A stretch of DNA of 64,000 bases from contig JAYZQJ010000057.1 of assembly GCA_036149055.1 (NCBI GenBank), forward strand, positions 1 to 64,000, in the 5' to 3' direction. Shown piece after piece: positions 46,968 through 56,748 of the stretch. The stretch's first letter is position 1, and each line of letters opens with the position of its first letter. Position numbers and translations under genes: made by a program. The notes beneath the pieces were generated by a model. The model was not told the DNA's origin. It ran no database searches and saw only the letters and a list, made by a program, of their open reading frames with translations. The stretch comes from Myxococcota bacterium. Lineage in GTDB: Bacteria; Myxococcota_A; Polyangia; Polyangiales; Sandaracinaceae.

Positions 46968-47351
46968 ATGACGGCAGTAGGCGGATCGATCGAGTCGCTC
47001 GGAATCGACGGGCGCATCTTCCCGGTGGCCTCCGACGCGGAGGCGAACCGAAAGCTCGGCGGCTTCGAGAACGAGGTCCAGGCGAACGGGGACGGCACGG
47101 CGCGGATCATCAAGACGCGCGTCCCGTGGTCGCTGGACGGCGTGGTCGTCGAGGTGGACGACGCGCGCGGCGACCAGGAGTTCCTCCAGGAGATCGCCGA
47201 CGCACGCGACTTCGTGCCGATCTCCATCACCTTCGCGTCCGGGCTCACCTACTCGGGCCGCGGGACCATCACCGGTGAGATCCAGGCCAGCTCGCAGAAC
47301 GCGACGGCCGGCATCTCGCTCAGTGGCCCGGCCTCGATGGAGCAGCAGTGA
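46968..47351 (+). CDS. Tail tube protein
   Basis: 127 aa directly after the sheath; KLGG..NEV..NGDG. Confidence 0.8.
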   Translation: MTAVGGSIESLGIDGRIFPVASDAEANRKLGGFENEVQANGDGTARIIKTRVPWSLDGVVVEVDDARGDQEFLQEIADARDFVPISITFASGLTYSGRGTITGEIQASSQNATAGISLSGPASMEQQ

Positions 47352-47812
47352 TCAGCGTCGCGGAGGATCACGGCCTCGAGGAGAACGACGTCGAGGAGGC
47401 GGAGGGTGCGACCAAGGAGCGAGTCGCGGACGAGGTCGCGGAGCACGAGTTCACGCGCTTCGTGGAGGCGATGGACCTCGACCTCGACCCCGAGCACATG
47501 AGCGAGGAGGATCGCGCGGGCTTCGAGCAGCAGAAGCGGTACTTCCTCGGCGCGGTGCAGGAGGGCCGGCTCACCGTCGACGAGCGCGGCCAGCCCGTGT
47601 TCCAGCCCTCGAGCGGCGGCGCGCTGAAGTTCCGCGAGCCGAACGGCGCCGCGCTCATGGAGATGGACAAGGGCAAGCGCAACGAGAACCAGCGCAAGCT
47701 GCACCTGCTCATGGCGGCCATCACCAAGAGCCCGCCGGCACGGTTCGCGAAGATGCCGAAGCGCGACCTGAAGGTCTGCACGGCGATCGTCATTTTTTTG
47801 ATGCAGGGGTAG
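47348..47812 (+). CDS. Tail assembly chaperone (G)
   Basis: Between tube and tape measure; ends at a slippery sequence. Confidence 0.8.
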   Translation: MISVAEDHGLEENDVEEAEGATKERVADEVAEHEFTRFVEAMDLDLDPEHMSEEDRAGFEQQKRYFLGAVQEGRLTVDERGQPVFQPSSGGALKFREPNGAALMEMDKGKRNENQRKLHLLMAAITKSPPARFAKMPKRDLKVCTAIVIFLMQG

Positions 47813-48075
47813 CCCGCACGCTCCTCGTCCGGCATGGCGAGGACGAGCGGCTACCCGCCGATCGAGAGACTGGTCGGGCAACGCATCGGATCTCGGTCGT
47901 CTACCGAGAGATGCTCCTGCAGGTCGCTCGCGACTACGCCGGCTTGCCCGACCCTCGCTCGCTCACGTTGAGCGAGATCCGCTTCTTCTACGAGGCACTC
48001 CGCCCGGAGCTCAAGAAGCACTCACGTCCCGGCGCGGGACCCAAGCCCCCGCGTCTCCCCTCACTCCGCAGGTAG
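47791..48075 (+). CDS. Frameshift extension (T) of the tail chaperone via -1 ribosomal frameshift
   Basis: T-TTT-TTG at 47794-47800; -1 frame open to 48075 (LPDPRSLTLSEIRFFY). Confidence 0.75.
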   Translation, partial: HFFDAGVARTLLVRHGEDERLPADRETGRATHRISVVYREMLLQVARDYAGLPDPRSLTLSEIRFFYEALRPELKKHSRPGAGPKPPRLPSLRR

Positions 48076-48077
48076 CC

Positions 48078-50114
48078 GTGGCCACCAGCTTCTCCGTCGA
48101 CGCCGTCTTCCGCGTGGTCGACCGTATGACGCGCCCCATGCGCCGAATGCAAGGCCGGATGGGGCGTTTCGTCGGTGACGTGCGCGGAGGCTTCCGCGAC
48201 CTCGGCCGGTGGGGCGACCGCATCCGGAGCGTCTACCTCGGCGTCGCGGCCGCCGTGCTCGCGGCCACCGCCGCCGTGGCCGCCGGACTGCGGCGCGTGA
48301 TCGAGACCGGGATGGACTTCGACACCGCGATCACCGCGGCCGCCGCGAAGTTCCCAGGAGAGATCCGTCGAGGCAGCGAGGCCTTCGCCGAGCTCGAGGA
48401 GGCGGCCCAGCGCGTGGGGAGCGCGACCGAGTTCACCGCCACCCAGGCGGCCCAGGCGCTCGACTTTTTGGCCATGGCGGGGTTCAACTCCGAGCAGGCC
48501 ATCGCGGCCCTGCCGGGCGTGGTCGACCTCGCCACGGCGTCGCAGATGGAGCTCGCCGAGGCGACCGACATCGCGTCAGACACCCTCGGCGCGTTCGGCC
48601 TGATGACCCGGGACACGGCGCAGCTGGGGACCAACCTCGCACGCGTCAACGACGTGCTCGCGCGCACTTCGACCTCGGCCAACACCACGGTCGAGCAGAT
48701 GTTCGAGGCGATCCGCACGGGCGGCGCCGTCGCGCACTCCTCGGGCGCCTCCATCGAGACGTTCAGCGCGATGCTGGGCGAGCTCGGCAACGCAGGCGTG
48801 AAGGGCGCGGAGGCGGGCACGGCGCTGCGGAACGTCTTCTTGCGCCTTCAGAACCCGGCCGCGGCCGCTCGCCGGCACATCCGCCGGCTGGGGATTCAGA
48901 CCGTCGACGAGCAGGGGAACTTCCGAGACATCATCGACATCATGGGCCAGTTCGAGCAGCGCCTGTCGGGGATGGGCACCGCGGAGCGCGGCCGCATCCT
49001 CGGAGACGTCTTCGGCGCCCGATCGGTGAACGCGGTCAACATCCTGCTCCAGAGCGGCGCCCAGCGCCTCAACGACTACCGGACCTCTCTCGAGCAGGCG
49101 GAGGGAGCCTCGGCCTCGATGGCGGCGACGATGCGCGACACGGCCGGCGGCGACCTCGCTTCGATGAACTCGGCGATCGAGGGCTTCTCACTCCAGATCT
49201 GGGCTCTCATCCGAGGGCCCGTCCGGGGGGTCATCCAGGCCATCACCGAGTGGGTGCGCGCGAACCAGGACGTGATCTCGAGCGGCATCGAGGACGTGAT
49301 CCAGTTCCTCACGGCGAACATGCCGACGATCGAGGTGTGGGCTCGCCGAATCGGGATTGCCGTGGCCATCGTCGGCACGCTGCTCCTGCTGACGATGGCG
49401 GCGTTCGTCGCGGTGATCGTCGCGGTGCCGGCCCTGATCGTCGGCATCGTGAGTCTGCTGGTGGCGGCCTGGGAGTGGATCGCCGACGCGGCGAGCTCGG
49501 CGGCTGCGTGGATCGGCGAGGCGTTCGGAGGGGGCTGGGACTCGATCCGAGACTTCGGGATCGCCGTGCTCGAGTTCGTCGTCGGCTTCTTCGTGCTCCT
49601 GCGACGGCAGGCCACGACGCTGCTCCGGCCGGTGATCGACTGGATGGCGAGCGCGGCGGCCTGGATCGCCGAGCGCTGGCGTCCGATCGGCGCGTTCTTC
49701 GGCGCCCTCTGGGCCGGGATCACGACAGCCTTCTCTGGGGCTTGGGACGGGCTGATGAAGCAGGCGGTGGCCATGTACAGCCGGTTCCTCGCTATCTGGC
49801 GGCCTCTCCGAGCCTTCTTCGCCAGCCTCTGGAGCGGGGTCTCCCAGCTGTTCGACAGCACCCTCGGCGGCATCCTCGACCAGATCGGCGGGGTGGTCGA
49901 GAACGTGCGCGGCGTCGGCCGATCGGAGCTCGACGGCGACGCTCCGCCGCCGTCGGTGGTCAGCCCCGAGGCGCGCGTCGCGCGCTCGATCTCTGAGAGC
50001 ACCAGCACCGAGAGGGCCGAGATCACCGTCCGCGCCGGCGACGGTGCTTCGGCCGAGGTGACGCGCCGCCCGCGAGGCAACACGCTCCTCGTTCCCGCTT
50101 CGGGTGCGACGTGA
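48078..50114 (+). CDS. Tape measure protein
   Basis: TEFTATQAAQAL.FLAMAG, G.KG..AGTALRN, Trp-periodic C-terminus. Confidence 0.93.
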   Translation: MATSFSVDAVFRVVDRMTRPMRRMQGRMGRFVGDVRGGFRDLGRWGDRIRSVYLGVAAAVLAATAAVAAGLRRVIETGMDFDTAITAAAAKFPGEIRRGSEAFAELEEAAQRVGSATEFTATQAAQALDFLAMAGFNSEQAIAALPGVVDLATASQMELAEATDIASDTLGAFGLMTRDTAQLGTNLARVNDVLARTSTSANTTVEQMFEAIRTGGAVAHSSGASIETFSAMLGELGNAGVKGAEAGTALRNVFLRLQNPAAAARRHIRRLGIQTVDEQGNFRDIIDIMGQFEQRLSGMGTAERGRILGDVFGARSVNAVNILLQSGAQRLNDYRTSLEQAEGASASMAATMRDTAGGDLASMNSAIEGFSLQIWALIRGPVRGVIQAITEWVRANQDVISSGIEDVIQFLTANMPTIEVWARRIGIAVAIVGTLLLLTMAAFVAVIVAVPALIVGIVSLLVAAWEWIADAASSAAAWIGEAFGGGWDSIRDFGIAVLEFVVGFFVLLRRQATTLLRPVIDWMASAAAWIAERWRPIGAFFGALWAGITTAFSGAWDGLMKQAVAMYSRFLAIWRPLRAFFASLWSGVSQLFDSTLGGILDQIGGVVENVRGVGRSELDGDAPPPSVVSPEARVARSISESTSTERAEITVRAGDGASAEVTRRPRGNTLLVPASGAT

Positions 50115-51400
50115 GCTGGGAGGACCGGATCCGGGAGGCGGCCTACACGTCTCCGAGCGGCACCCGCCGCGTCTTCGCCTTCGAGGCCGTCTCCGCCGAG
50201 GTCGAGCTCCGAGCGAAGGCCTTCGAGTTCCCCGGGGTCAACGCCACCTACGTCCAAGGCAACGGCCACGGGGGGAAGCGCTTCCCGCTGAGGTGCTTCT
50301 TCGCTGGCGACGAACACGACCTCGAGGCGGAGGCGTTCGTCGAGGGGCTGCTCGAGCGCGGGGTAGGGCGGCTCGAGCACCCCTTCTACGGCATCCACGA
50401 CGTGGTGCCCCTGGGGACGATCACGCGCCGAGACGACCTGAAGGACGCGGCGAACCAGACCGTGATCGAGGTGACGCTCGCCGTCTCGCTCACCCAGGTC
50501 TATCCGACCCTCCGCCCCAGTCGCTCGGCGGAGGTGTCGGCGTCGCTGCGAGCCCTCGACGAGGCCAGTGCCCAGCAGTTCCAGGACGCGCTGGACCTGA
50601 GCACCGCCGCCGCGCGCGCGAGCCAGGAGAGCGCCGTCCGCGCCTCGCTCGCCGCTGCGAGCTCCACGCTCGCCGACATCGCGGCCGGCGTCGACGACGT
50701 GCGCGACGCGTTCCGAGACGCCCAGGACGCCGTGAACCTCGGTCTCGACGTGCTGATCGGACAGCCGCTGCAGCTCGCGCAGAGCATCGCCAACCTCGTC
50801 CGTGCTCCGGCGCGGTCGGACGTGGCGATCCGTTCCCGGCTCGAGGGATACGGAGACTTCCTCGAGCGCATCGTCACCGCGCCCTCCGCGCGCCCGGGCG
50901 ACGCCTTCCTCAGCGGCGTGGTCCTTCCGGGGCGGCGCCGGGTGGTCTCCAACGACTTTCACACCGCCGTCGTCTTCGCTGCGCAAGGGGTCGCTGGGAG
51001 CGTCGAGAGCGTCCTGAATCACCGCTTCCCTGACCGCCCCGCCGCCCTGGCAGCGGCGGAGACTCTTCTCGCGCAGCTCGACCGAGTGGTGCCGTGGATG
51101 GAGGAGGGGTTCGGCGAGCTCGCGGAGGCCGGCGCGCCTGCGAGCGTCGACACGGGCGGCACCTACCAGGCGCTGCAGGAGGCCGTCGCCGTGGCCGCGG
51201 GCTTCCTCGTCGAGATCTCGTTCACTCTGCTTCCGCAGAGGCGGGTGGTGCTCGACCGACCTCGCACGATCATCGACCTCGCGGCCGAGTTCTACGGAGA
51301 GGTCGACGCTCGGCTGGACTTCATCCTGCAGACCAACGACCTGAGCGGGTCCGAGATCCTCGAGCTCCCGCGCGGGCGGGAGTTCGTCTTCTATGCCTGA
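50111..51400 (+). CDS. DNA circularisation protein-like (Mu gpN-like)
   Basis: MSW.DR..EA.Y, FEFP, G.LEHP.YG, C-terminal YG......I...N. Confidence 0.8.
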   Translation: MSWEDRIREAAYTSPSGTRRVFAFEAVSAEVELRAKAFEFPGVNATYVQGNGHGGKRFPLRCFFAGDEHDLEAEAFVEGLLERGVGRLEHPFYGIHDVVPLGTITRRDDLKDAANQTVIEVTLAVSLTQVYPTLRPSRSAEVSASLRALDEASAQQFQDALDLSTAAARASQESAVRASLAAASSTLADIAAGVDDVRDAFRDAQDAVNLGLDVLIGQPLQLAQSIANLVRAPARSDVAIRSRLEGYGDFLERIVTAPSARPGDAFLSGVVLPGRRRVVSNDFHTAVVFAAQGVAGSVESVLNHRFPDRPAALAAAETLLAQLDRVVPWMEEGFGELAEAGAPASVDTGGTYQALQEAVAVAAGFLVEISFTLLPQRRVVLDRPRTIIDLAAEFYGEVDARLDFILQTNDLSGSEILELPRGREFVFYA

Positions 51401-52436
51401 GCGCCTCGAAGAGGTCGCGCTGCGGATCGCCGCTCAGCGCTGGCTGGCCTGGGAGGACTTCGAGCTCAGCGTCTCCATCGACCGCCCCGCGACCGTGGGA
51501 TTCGTGTCGCCGTTCGAGCCCGATCGCCCGGGGTTTCGGGAGGCCTTCGCCCCGCTCGCGTTCACGCCGATCTCCGTCGACATCGGGGGAGAGGTGGTGT
51601 TCAACGGCACGCTCGTGGACATCACGCCGAAGCGCACCCCAGACGAGCGAACGGTGGAGGTGGCAGGCTACTCGTTCCCCGCGGTCCTCGGTGACTGCGC
51701 GCCGCCCGCGAGCGCCTTCCCGCTTGAGCTCAACGGCTTGAAGCTGAGCAGGATCGCCGAGACGCTCGTCGCCCCGTTCGGGCTGGACGTGGTGATGGAC
51801 GCCGACGAGGGCGCTGCGTTCCGACGAGTCGCAGCGAAGCCGGACCAGGCGATCTTCAGCTTTCTCATGGAGCTCGCGCAGCAGAGAGGGCTGGTGATCG
51901 GCGACACGCCTGCCGGGGCCCTGCGCTTCCTGCGGTCGGCGCCGGGCGGCTCACCAGTCGCTGCGTTCCGCGAGGGCCAGCCCCCGTTGCTCAGCGTCGA
52001 GCCGCGGTTCTCGCCGCAGCAGTACTACAGCGAGGTGACGGCGATCGCGAAGACGCGCGCTGGCCGGACGGGCCAGAGCTACACGGTCTCGAACCCGTTC
52101 CTCGCCAACGAGGTCCGCCCACACACCTTCGTGCTGGGCGACACCGACGACCCGGACCTTCCGACGGCCGCGCGCGCGAAGCTCGGCCGGATGCTCGGCA
52201 ACGCGCTCGCCGTCACGCTCGAGCTGCCGACCTGGCGCAACCCGGGCGGCGCGCTGTGGTGGCCGAATCAGACGATCCTGCTCGAGGCACCCGGGGCGAT
52301 GATCTACCGCGAGACCGAGTTCCTCATCCGTGACGTGTCCCTCCGCCAGACCGCGGAGGCGCAGATCGCCAAGCTCGAGGTCGTGCTCCCGGGCGCGTTC
52401 TCTGGCGAGGTGCCGGAGTCTCTCCCATGGGTCTGA
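51393..52436 (+). CDS. Baseplate hub protein (Mu gp44/gpP-like)
   Basis: W.......SID, L.DC, LAQQRGL, W....G.LW.PN. Confidence 0.82.
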   Translation: MPERLEEVALRIAAQRWLAWEDFELSVSIDRPATVGFVSPFEPDRPGFREAFAPLAFTPISVDIGGEVVFNGTLVDITPKRTPDERTVEVAGYSFPAVLGDCAPPASAFPLELNGLKLSRIAETLVAPFGLDVVMDADEGAAFRRVAAKPDQAIFSFLMELAQQRGLVIGDTPAGALRFLRSAPGGSPVAAFREGQPPLLSVEPRFSPQQYYSEVTAIAKTRAGRTGQSYTVSNPFLANEVRPHTFVLGDTDDPDLPTAARAKLGRMLGNALAVTLELPTWRNPGGALWWPNQTILLEAPGAMIYRETEFLIRDVSLRQTAEAQIAKLEVVLPGAFSGEVPESLPWV

Positions 52437-52951
52437 TCTCGCAGCTCCTCTCGTTCACACGGTCGCGCGGCGACGACGCGCACGTCTCCGACGCGAAGAT
52501 CGACCCGGGCGGCGGCGCGAACGTCACCGCGCACCACTTCGGACCCCCGGGCGACGACTCGGTCCCGCTGCCCGGTGACTTCGTGGCGACCTCGCCATCG
52601 ACCGGGACCGGGACCGAGCAGGTCACCGGGTACATCGACCCAGCCAACGAGCCCGAGGCAGAGGCCGGAGAGAAGCGGCTCTACTCGAGAGACGGCGACG
52701 GCGCCGTCGTCGCGGTCGTGTGGCTGAAGAACGACGGCTCGGTGGTAATCGAGAACGGCGCGGGAGCGGTCGAGCTCGAGGCTGGGGGCAACGTCACGAT
52801 CAACGGGGTGACGATCGACACCGACGGCAACGTCACCGCGCCCGGCGAGGTGTCGGCCAGGAGCGCTTCGCCGGTGACGCGGGTCGCGCTGTCGACCCAC
52901 CTCCACCCAACCGCCATGGGGCCCAGCGACGCCCCCACACCGGGCACCTGA
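52427..52951 (+). CDS. Baseplate spike (Mu gp45-like)
   Basis: PGDDS.PLPGD, GE.RLY, C-terminal LSTHLH. Confidence 0.82.
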   Translation: MGLISQLLSFTRSRGDDAHVSDAKIDPGGGANVTAHHFGPPGDDSVPLPGDFVATSPSTGTGTEQVTGYIDPANEPEAEAGEKRLYSRDGDGAVVAVVWLKNDGSVVIENGAGAVELEAGGNVTINGVTIDTDGNVTAPGEVSARSASPVTRVALSTHLHPTAMGPSDAPTPGT

Positions 52952-53388
52952 TGCCGCTCGATCTCCCGGCCTTGACCTCGGGGCTCAGCGACGTTGCCTC
53001 GTCCCCGCCCCCGACAGCGGCGGGGTGCGCGGCATCCTGGGCGGTCGCCGCCCGCGACCACGCGCTTGGGGTCGCCCCCGCTTCGTCGACCGTCGCCGCG
53101 GCCGCAGCCGCGCTCGAGGCGTCGCTCGCGGCCGCGTTCGACAGCGGCGACGCTGCGCCCGGCATGGAGACCGCCTTCGCCGCCTTCGCCGCGACGATCG
53201 GCGGCGGCATGGCCGGCTTCGTGCCGACTCCGCCTCCCGGCCCGGTCGGGTTCGCGGCGCAGTTCTCGGGTCCGAAGCCTGCGACCCACCCGGCCGCGGC
53301 CGGCGCCGTCGCGACGCTGATCGACACCTGGATGCGGACCGGGACGGCGACGCCTTCGGGCGGCGGCGCCCCCGTCGCGTGGAGCTGA
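52951..53388 (+). CDS. Ala-rich hypothetical baseplate-region protein
   Basis: Coupled between spike and gp46-like gene. Confidence 0.6.
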   Translation: MPLDLPALTSGLSDVASSPPPTAAGCAASWAVAARDHALGVAPASSTVAAAAAALEASLAAAFDSGDAAPGMETAFAAFAATIGGGMAGFVPTPPPGPVGFAAQFSGPKPATHPAAAGAVATLIDTWMRTGTATPSGGGAPVAWS

Positions 53389-53390
53389 GC

Positions 53391-53819
53391 GTGACCGACG
53401 TCCTGTTGCAGCACACCGCCGATGGCGGCGAGATCACGGTCGAGGGGGGGCGCGTCAGGCTCGACGATGGCGTTCAGACGGCCGTCTACCTCTCAATGTT
53501 CGGCGGCAACGAGCGCGACGCCGGGACGGGTGCCACCGAGAGCGAGCAGTGGTGGGGGAACCTCCTCCAGGAGCAGCCCGCCCGCCGACTCCGGAGCGAG
53601 ACGCAGCATCTCCTCCGGGCACTTCCTGCGATCACCGCCAACGTGCGCCGGGTGGAGGACGCCGTCCGGCGTGACCTGTCCTGGCTCGAGGAGATCGGCG
53701 CGACGGTCTCCGCGACGGCCACGCTACCCGCGGTCCGACGCATCCGGATCGCCGTCGTCGTCGAGCTCGACGGCGAGAGAACCGAGCTGCGCTTCGACGA
53801 GGAGTGGGCTCCCGCCTGA
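53391..53819 (+). CDS. Baseplate wedge protein (Mu gp46-like)
   Basis: TAVYLSMFGGN, WWGN, DLSWL. Confidence 0.82.
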   Translation: MTDVLLQHTADGGEITVEGGRVRLDDGVQTAVYLSMFGGNERDAGTGATESEQWWGNLLQEQPARRLRSETQHLLRALPAITANVRRVEDAVRRDLSWLEEIGATVSATATLPAVRRIRIAVVVELDGERTELRFDEEWAPA

Positions 53820-53928
53820 AGGTCCCCTGGGCTCCGCCGCCGGCCCTGCGACACGCCGCTCCGCGTGAAGCTCAACGGCGGCGACTTCTTCCCGGCTGCA
53901 AGGGGCAGCCGGACGCACGGAGCGATCC

Positions 53929-54747
53929 ATGAACCGACCGAACGCCATCGCCATCGGGCGCCTCTTCGACGCCCACGACTGCTACGTCCTCGACGACAAG
54001 ACCCGAGTGATCTCCAAGCGAGGGCTGGTCAGCCTCCTGCGCGGGAGCGGCGGGGACAAAGACGGCCAGATCGAGCGGCGAATCGCCGCTTTGCCCAAGC
54101 GTTTTCACCACTTGGCGGTGGGGACAAACCTGGAGTTTGTTTTTCCCGGGGGCGGCGTGGCCCACGCGGTGGACGTCGACACCGTGGTCGAGATCTGCTC
54201 CGCCTACGCGGAGGCGTTGGGGCGAGGGGAGTTGCGCCGAAATCAGCTCCACCTCGCGGCGAATGCGACCCGCGTCCTCGCCGCGGCGGCGAAGGTCGGA
54301 CTCTCCGCGCTCGTCGACGAGGCGACCGGATACGACGCCATCCGCGAGCGCGGTGAGCTCGCCCGCATCTTCAGCGACGAGCTGAACGCTTGGGAGATGG
54401 TCTTCACCCCGCCGTTCGTCGCGCGCCTCTGTGCCCTCGGCTTCGCCGGCCAGAAGAACGTGACGTGGAGCGGCGGCGCGTACCCGCGACCGCTCGCGAA
54501 GGTCTTCCGGCGCATCTACGACCTCATCCTCGGTGACGGCGTGGCGAGTCGGCTGAAGGAGCGGAACCCCGAGCCTCGGCACGGCAGCAACCATCACCAG
54601 TGGCTCACCGACGAGGCGCGCGACGTGCTGAAGCGGAACATGGGCATCGTCACCTTCTGTGCCCAGCAGAGCCACTCACGCCGCGAGTTCCTCTCGCGTC
54701 TGAAGGCTTACTACTCGGGCCAGTCCAGCCTGGTGTTCGCGGCCTGA
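53929..54747 (+). CDS. P63C-domain protein (antirepressor-like)
   Basis: CYVLDD..RVIS.RG, AKVGLSALVDEATGY..IR, HHQWLT. Confidence 0.85.
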   Translation: MNRPNAIAIGRLFDAHDCYVLDDKTRVISKRGLVSLLRGSGGDKDGQIERRIAALPKRFHHLAVGTNLEFVFPGGGVAHAVDVDTVVEICSAYAEALGRGELRRNQLHLAANATRVLAAAAKVGLSALVDEATGYDAIRERGELARIFSDELNAWEMVFTPPFVARLCALGFAGQKNVTWSGGAYPRPLAKVFRRIYDLILGDGVASRLKERNPEPRHGSNHHQWLTDEARDVLKRNMGIVTFCAQQSHSRREFLSRLKAYYSGQSSLVFAA

Positions 54748-54755
54748 GGACCAGT

Positions 54756-55952
54756 ATGAGCCTCGAAACACCCACCACCGGCGAGATCGCCGACAACATC
54801 CTTGCGCAGATCGAGGCGCAGTTCGGCCAGAGCGTCCCGCTGCTCGCCAAGGCCTTCCTTCGGGTACTGCCGCGCGCCCTCGCGGGCGTGTTCACCCTGC
54901 TCTACAAGTACTCCGGCTTCATCTTCCTCCAGCTCTTCGTCTCCACCGCCTCGACGCGAGAGACGGTCGTCAACGGCCAGACCCTGATCCCGCTGGTGGA
55001 GTGGGGACGCCTGTTCGGCGTGGGCGATCCAGAGCCGGCCACGCGCGCCGAGCTCGTCGTCGTCGTCACAGTCGAGGTCCAATCTGGCGTCCTGGCGGCC
55101 GGGTCTCAGCTGCTCTTCCCTTCGACCGGCGTCATCTACGTCACCACGGCGTCCGTCGCGCTCGACGCACCGACGAAGACGGTGACGATCCGCGCGGTGT
55201 CGGACCAGGCGGGCGGCGGCGGCGCCGGGGCGATCGGCAACCTCCAGGCCGGTGACGTGCTGAGCTTCGCCAGCCCGCTCGCGAACGTGGCCCGAGACGC
55301 CGTGGTGGACTCTCAGGTGGTCACGGGAGCGGACGGTGAGTCGTGGGACGCCTACCGCGGCCGCGTGCTCCGGAAGGCCGGGCGGCGCCCGCAGGGCGGC
55401 GCCTACTCCGACTACCGAGACTGGGGTGAGCAGGGCGCCGGGATCCTCAACGTGTACCCCTACACGAGCGCGAGCCCCGGGCAGATCGACGTCTACGTGG
55501 AGGCCACGGCAGCGAGCTCGGGGAGTCCCGACGGAATCCCCACGGCGGCGCAGCTGGCCGAGGTGGCCAACCTCATCAACCTCGAGGTCGACGGCCTCGC
55601 CAGCCGAAGGCCGGTGAACGCCGCTGTGAACGTGCTGCCGATCACGCGGAGCCCGTTCGACCTGCGGGTTGGTGGCCTTACGGCCGACGACGTGCCCGCC
55701 GCGCAGGCGGCGATCGAGGCGGCGGTGGACGAGTACCTGCGTTCGCGAGCTCCGTTCATCGCGGGCCTCTCGGTACTCCCGCGCAGGAACCGGATCACCC
55801 AGGCCGCCCTCTCGGGCGTCGTCGACGAGACGGCGAGCGCCCTCGGCGGGAGCATCACGACCGTGGTGCTGCGAGAGGGCGGAGCGGACCTAGTGGCTCG
55901 AGACCTTGGCGAGGGTGAGACGGCCAAGCTCGGAGCGATCAGCTGGACGTAG
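54756..55952 (+). CDS. Baseplate J/gp47 family protein
   Basis: L.EWG...G, G..GNL, GADGES...YR.R, PQGGA.SDY..W. Confidence 0.88.
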   Translation: MSLETPTTGEIADNILAQIEAQFGQSVPLLAKAFLRVLPRALAGVFTLLYKYSGFIFLQLFVSTASTRETVVNGQTLIPLVEWGRLFGVGDPEPATRAELVVVVTVEVQSGVLAAGSQLLFPSTGVIYVTTASVALDAPTKTVTIRAVSDQAGGGGAGAIGNLQAGDVLSFASPLANVARDAVVDSQVVTGADGESWDAYRGRVLRKAGRRPQGGAYSDYRDWGEQGAGILNVYPYTSASPGQIDVYVEATAASSGSPDGIPTAAQLAEVANLINLEVDGLASRRPVNAAVNVLPITRSPFDLRVGGLTADDVPAAQAAIEAAVDEYLRSRAPFIAGLSVLPRRNRITQAALSGVVDETASALGGSITTVVLREGGADLVARDLGEGETAKLGAISWT

Positions 55953-55959
55953 GAGACCC

Positions 55960-56748
55960 ATGGCCATTTCCCCCCAAACCATCTACGCCGGTCAGATCGA
56001 CACGAGCGATCCCGCGTACCCTCACGGGAAGGCGCGCAACGTGACGACCCCCGGCGACGGCACGGGTACCCCGTTCGAGGAGCGCTGGGTGAACGACCTC
56101 TACGGGTTCCAGCAGGCTCTCCTGGCAGAGGTCGGAGCGGTGCCCTCCGGGAACCCGGACGAGGTCGGAGCGTCGCAGTACCTCGACGCGGTGAGGCTGG
56201 TCGGCGGGAGTCATCGGTTCGATGCGAATGGCGAAGTCGAGCTCGTGGACGCGGACGGCAACCCGGTCACCCTCTCGGGGATCGTGTACGTCGGCGCCAA
56301 CGGCCTGATGGTCGACGGCCCGACGACAGAGGTGATCAAGTCCCGGGGCGGCGTCACCCTCGCGGCGGCCAACAAGCTGGCGTGGTGGGACCTGACCCCG
56401 CGCCTCTCGCGAAACTGGACGCTGGTTCGCGCTCGCGTCCTCGTCGAGCCGGGCGCCGCACGTGGAGCGGGGAACCGCATCGACGCCGCGCTCCAGCACG
56501 ACGGCTACGGGGTCTCCTTCGCGAAGCCCATCTCTCTGACTCAGACGGTGGACGCGACGGAGAGCGACGACGGCACGGCCGACCGGCAGTGGATCACGCT
56601 GACTCCCGCTGCGCCAGTGGCGGTTGGCGCGGGCGCCACCTGGACGCTCGAGGTGCAGTCGAGCCCATTGGTCACGGGTGCGGGGGACGCGGACACGGTT
56701 CGCGCCGCGGTCATCGAGTTCACGACCGGGAAGCTGACGAACATCTAG
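55960..56748 (+). CDS. Tail fibre-like protein
   Basis: YPHGKARN.TTPGDGTGTP....WVNDL.GFQQALL...SQY..A fibre N-terminal motif. Confidence 0.7.
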   Translation: MAISPQTIYAGQIDTSDPAYPHGKARNVTTPGDGTGTPFEERWVNDLYGFQQALLAEVGAVPSGNPDEVGASQYLDAVRLVGGSHRFDANGEVELVDADGNPVTLSGIVYVGANGLMVDGPTTEVIKSRGGVTLAAANKLAWWDLTPRLSRNWTLVRARVLVEPGAARGAGNRIDAALQHDGYGVSFAKPISLTQTVDATESDDGTADRQWITLTPAAPVAVGAGATWTLEVQSSPLVTGAGDADTVRAAVIEFTTGKLTNI

